DNA of 64,000 bases from Candidatus Bathyarchaeota archaeon (GTDB lineage: Archaea; Thermoproteota; Bathyarchaeia; Bathyarchaeales; Bathycorpusculaceae), in assembly GCA_963806535.1 (NCBI GenBank), contig CAWDYC010000003.1, forward strand, positions 96,001 to 160,000, in the 5' to 3' direction. The translations under genes and the position numbers were made by a program. Of this stretch, positions 63,581 to 64,000 are shown piece after piece. Numbering within the stretch: the first letter of the stretch is position 1; each line of letters starts with the position of its first letter. The notes below the pieces were generated by a model. That model made no database searches, was not told the DNA's origin, and saw only the letters and a program-made list of their open reading frames with translations.

Positions 63581-64000
63581 AAGTCTGGAAATCAGAAGCG
63601 CTGCCGCCAGACTGGTTTAAACGGCAGAAAGCAGACGAAAAGGCAGTTCAAGAAGTTGAAAACAGCGTTAAAGCCATCATAAAACAAGTTAGAGAAAACG
63701 GCGATGGTGCACTTGTTGAGTTTGCCCTAAAATTTGACAAAGCAGAACTAACTCTGCGAACCCTCAAAGTCAGGAAAGAAGAAATCAAGGAAGCCTACAC
63801 CAAAACCAGCCTAGAACAAGTCTCAGCCCTAAAATTCATGAAAGAACGAGTCAACACCTTCCAAAAGCAACAGCTAACCCAAACCGAAATCGATACTTCA
63901 GGCGATGGCATATACGTTCAGACTGTTCTGCGTCCAATCGAAAGCGTTGGCTGCTACGTTCCCGGAGGACAAGCCGCTTACCCAAGCACATTAATCATGA
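63558..64000 (+). CDS. hisD: Histidinol dehydrogenase, 3'-truncated by window edge
   Basis: VRENGDGAL...KFD, RPIESVGCYVPGG.AAYPST. Confidence 0.92.

Noticed and set aside
63481-64000. Apparent in-frame HisG-HisD fusion (no stop between the two domains)
   Set aside because: Removing one A in GCCAAGTG gives a hisG TGA at 63578-63580 and a hisD GTG start at 63558 behind GGAG. hisG already carries other indels, so an artefact is more likely.

Overview
Archaeal chromosomal window. Gene content (archaeal shikimate route, aIF2-alpha, Alba, form III RuBisCO, PEF-type C-terminal sorting signal, intron-containing tRNA-iMet) suggests a Bathyarchaeia-like organism; this assignment is inference. Contents: an 11-gene aromatic amino acid operon (419-10557, minus strand), an intact IS481-like element with a 15-bp target duplication, a DtxR-FeoA/FeoB locus, a hybrid sensor kinase, an AMP phosphorylase/RuBisCO/R15P isomerase cluster, glycosylation genes, a tRNA-Thr-anchored accessory region, an MvhD-like/NfnAB redox operon, three tRNAs and the start of the his operon. 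Many genes between about 29 and 53 kb, plus feoB and hisG, carry indels that look like consensus errors. The strongest candidate for an undescribed system is an unannotated 27-codon leader ORF (10615-10698, minus) ending ...FDYYFYRYFS*. It lies directly upstream of the aromatic operon and is followed by mutually exclusive RNA hairpins, resembling a ribosome-dependent Phe/Tyr attenuator in an archaeon. Other notable signals: a similarly structured his leader, twin 10-bp-phased GAC arrays, serial degenerate tRNA-Thr ends bounding small gene cassettes, and a 21-bp-phased triple operator. All family calls come from motif recognition by eye; no searches were run.
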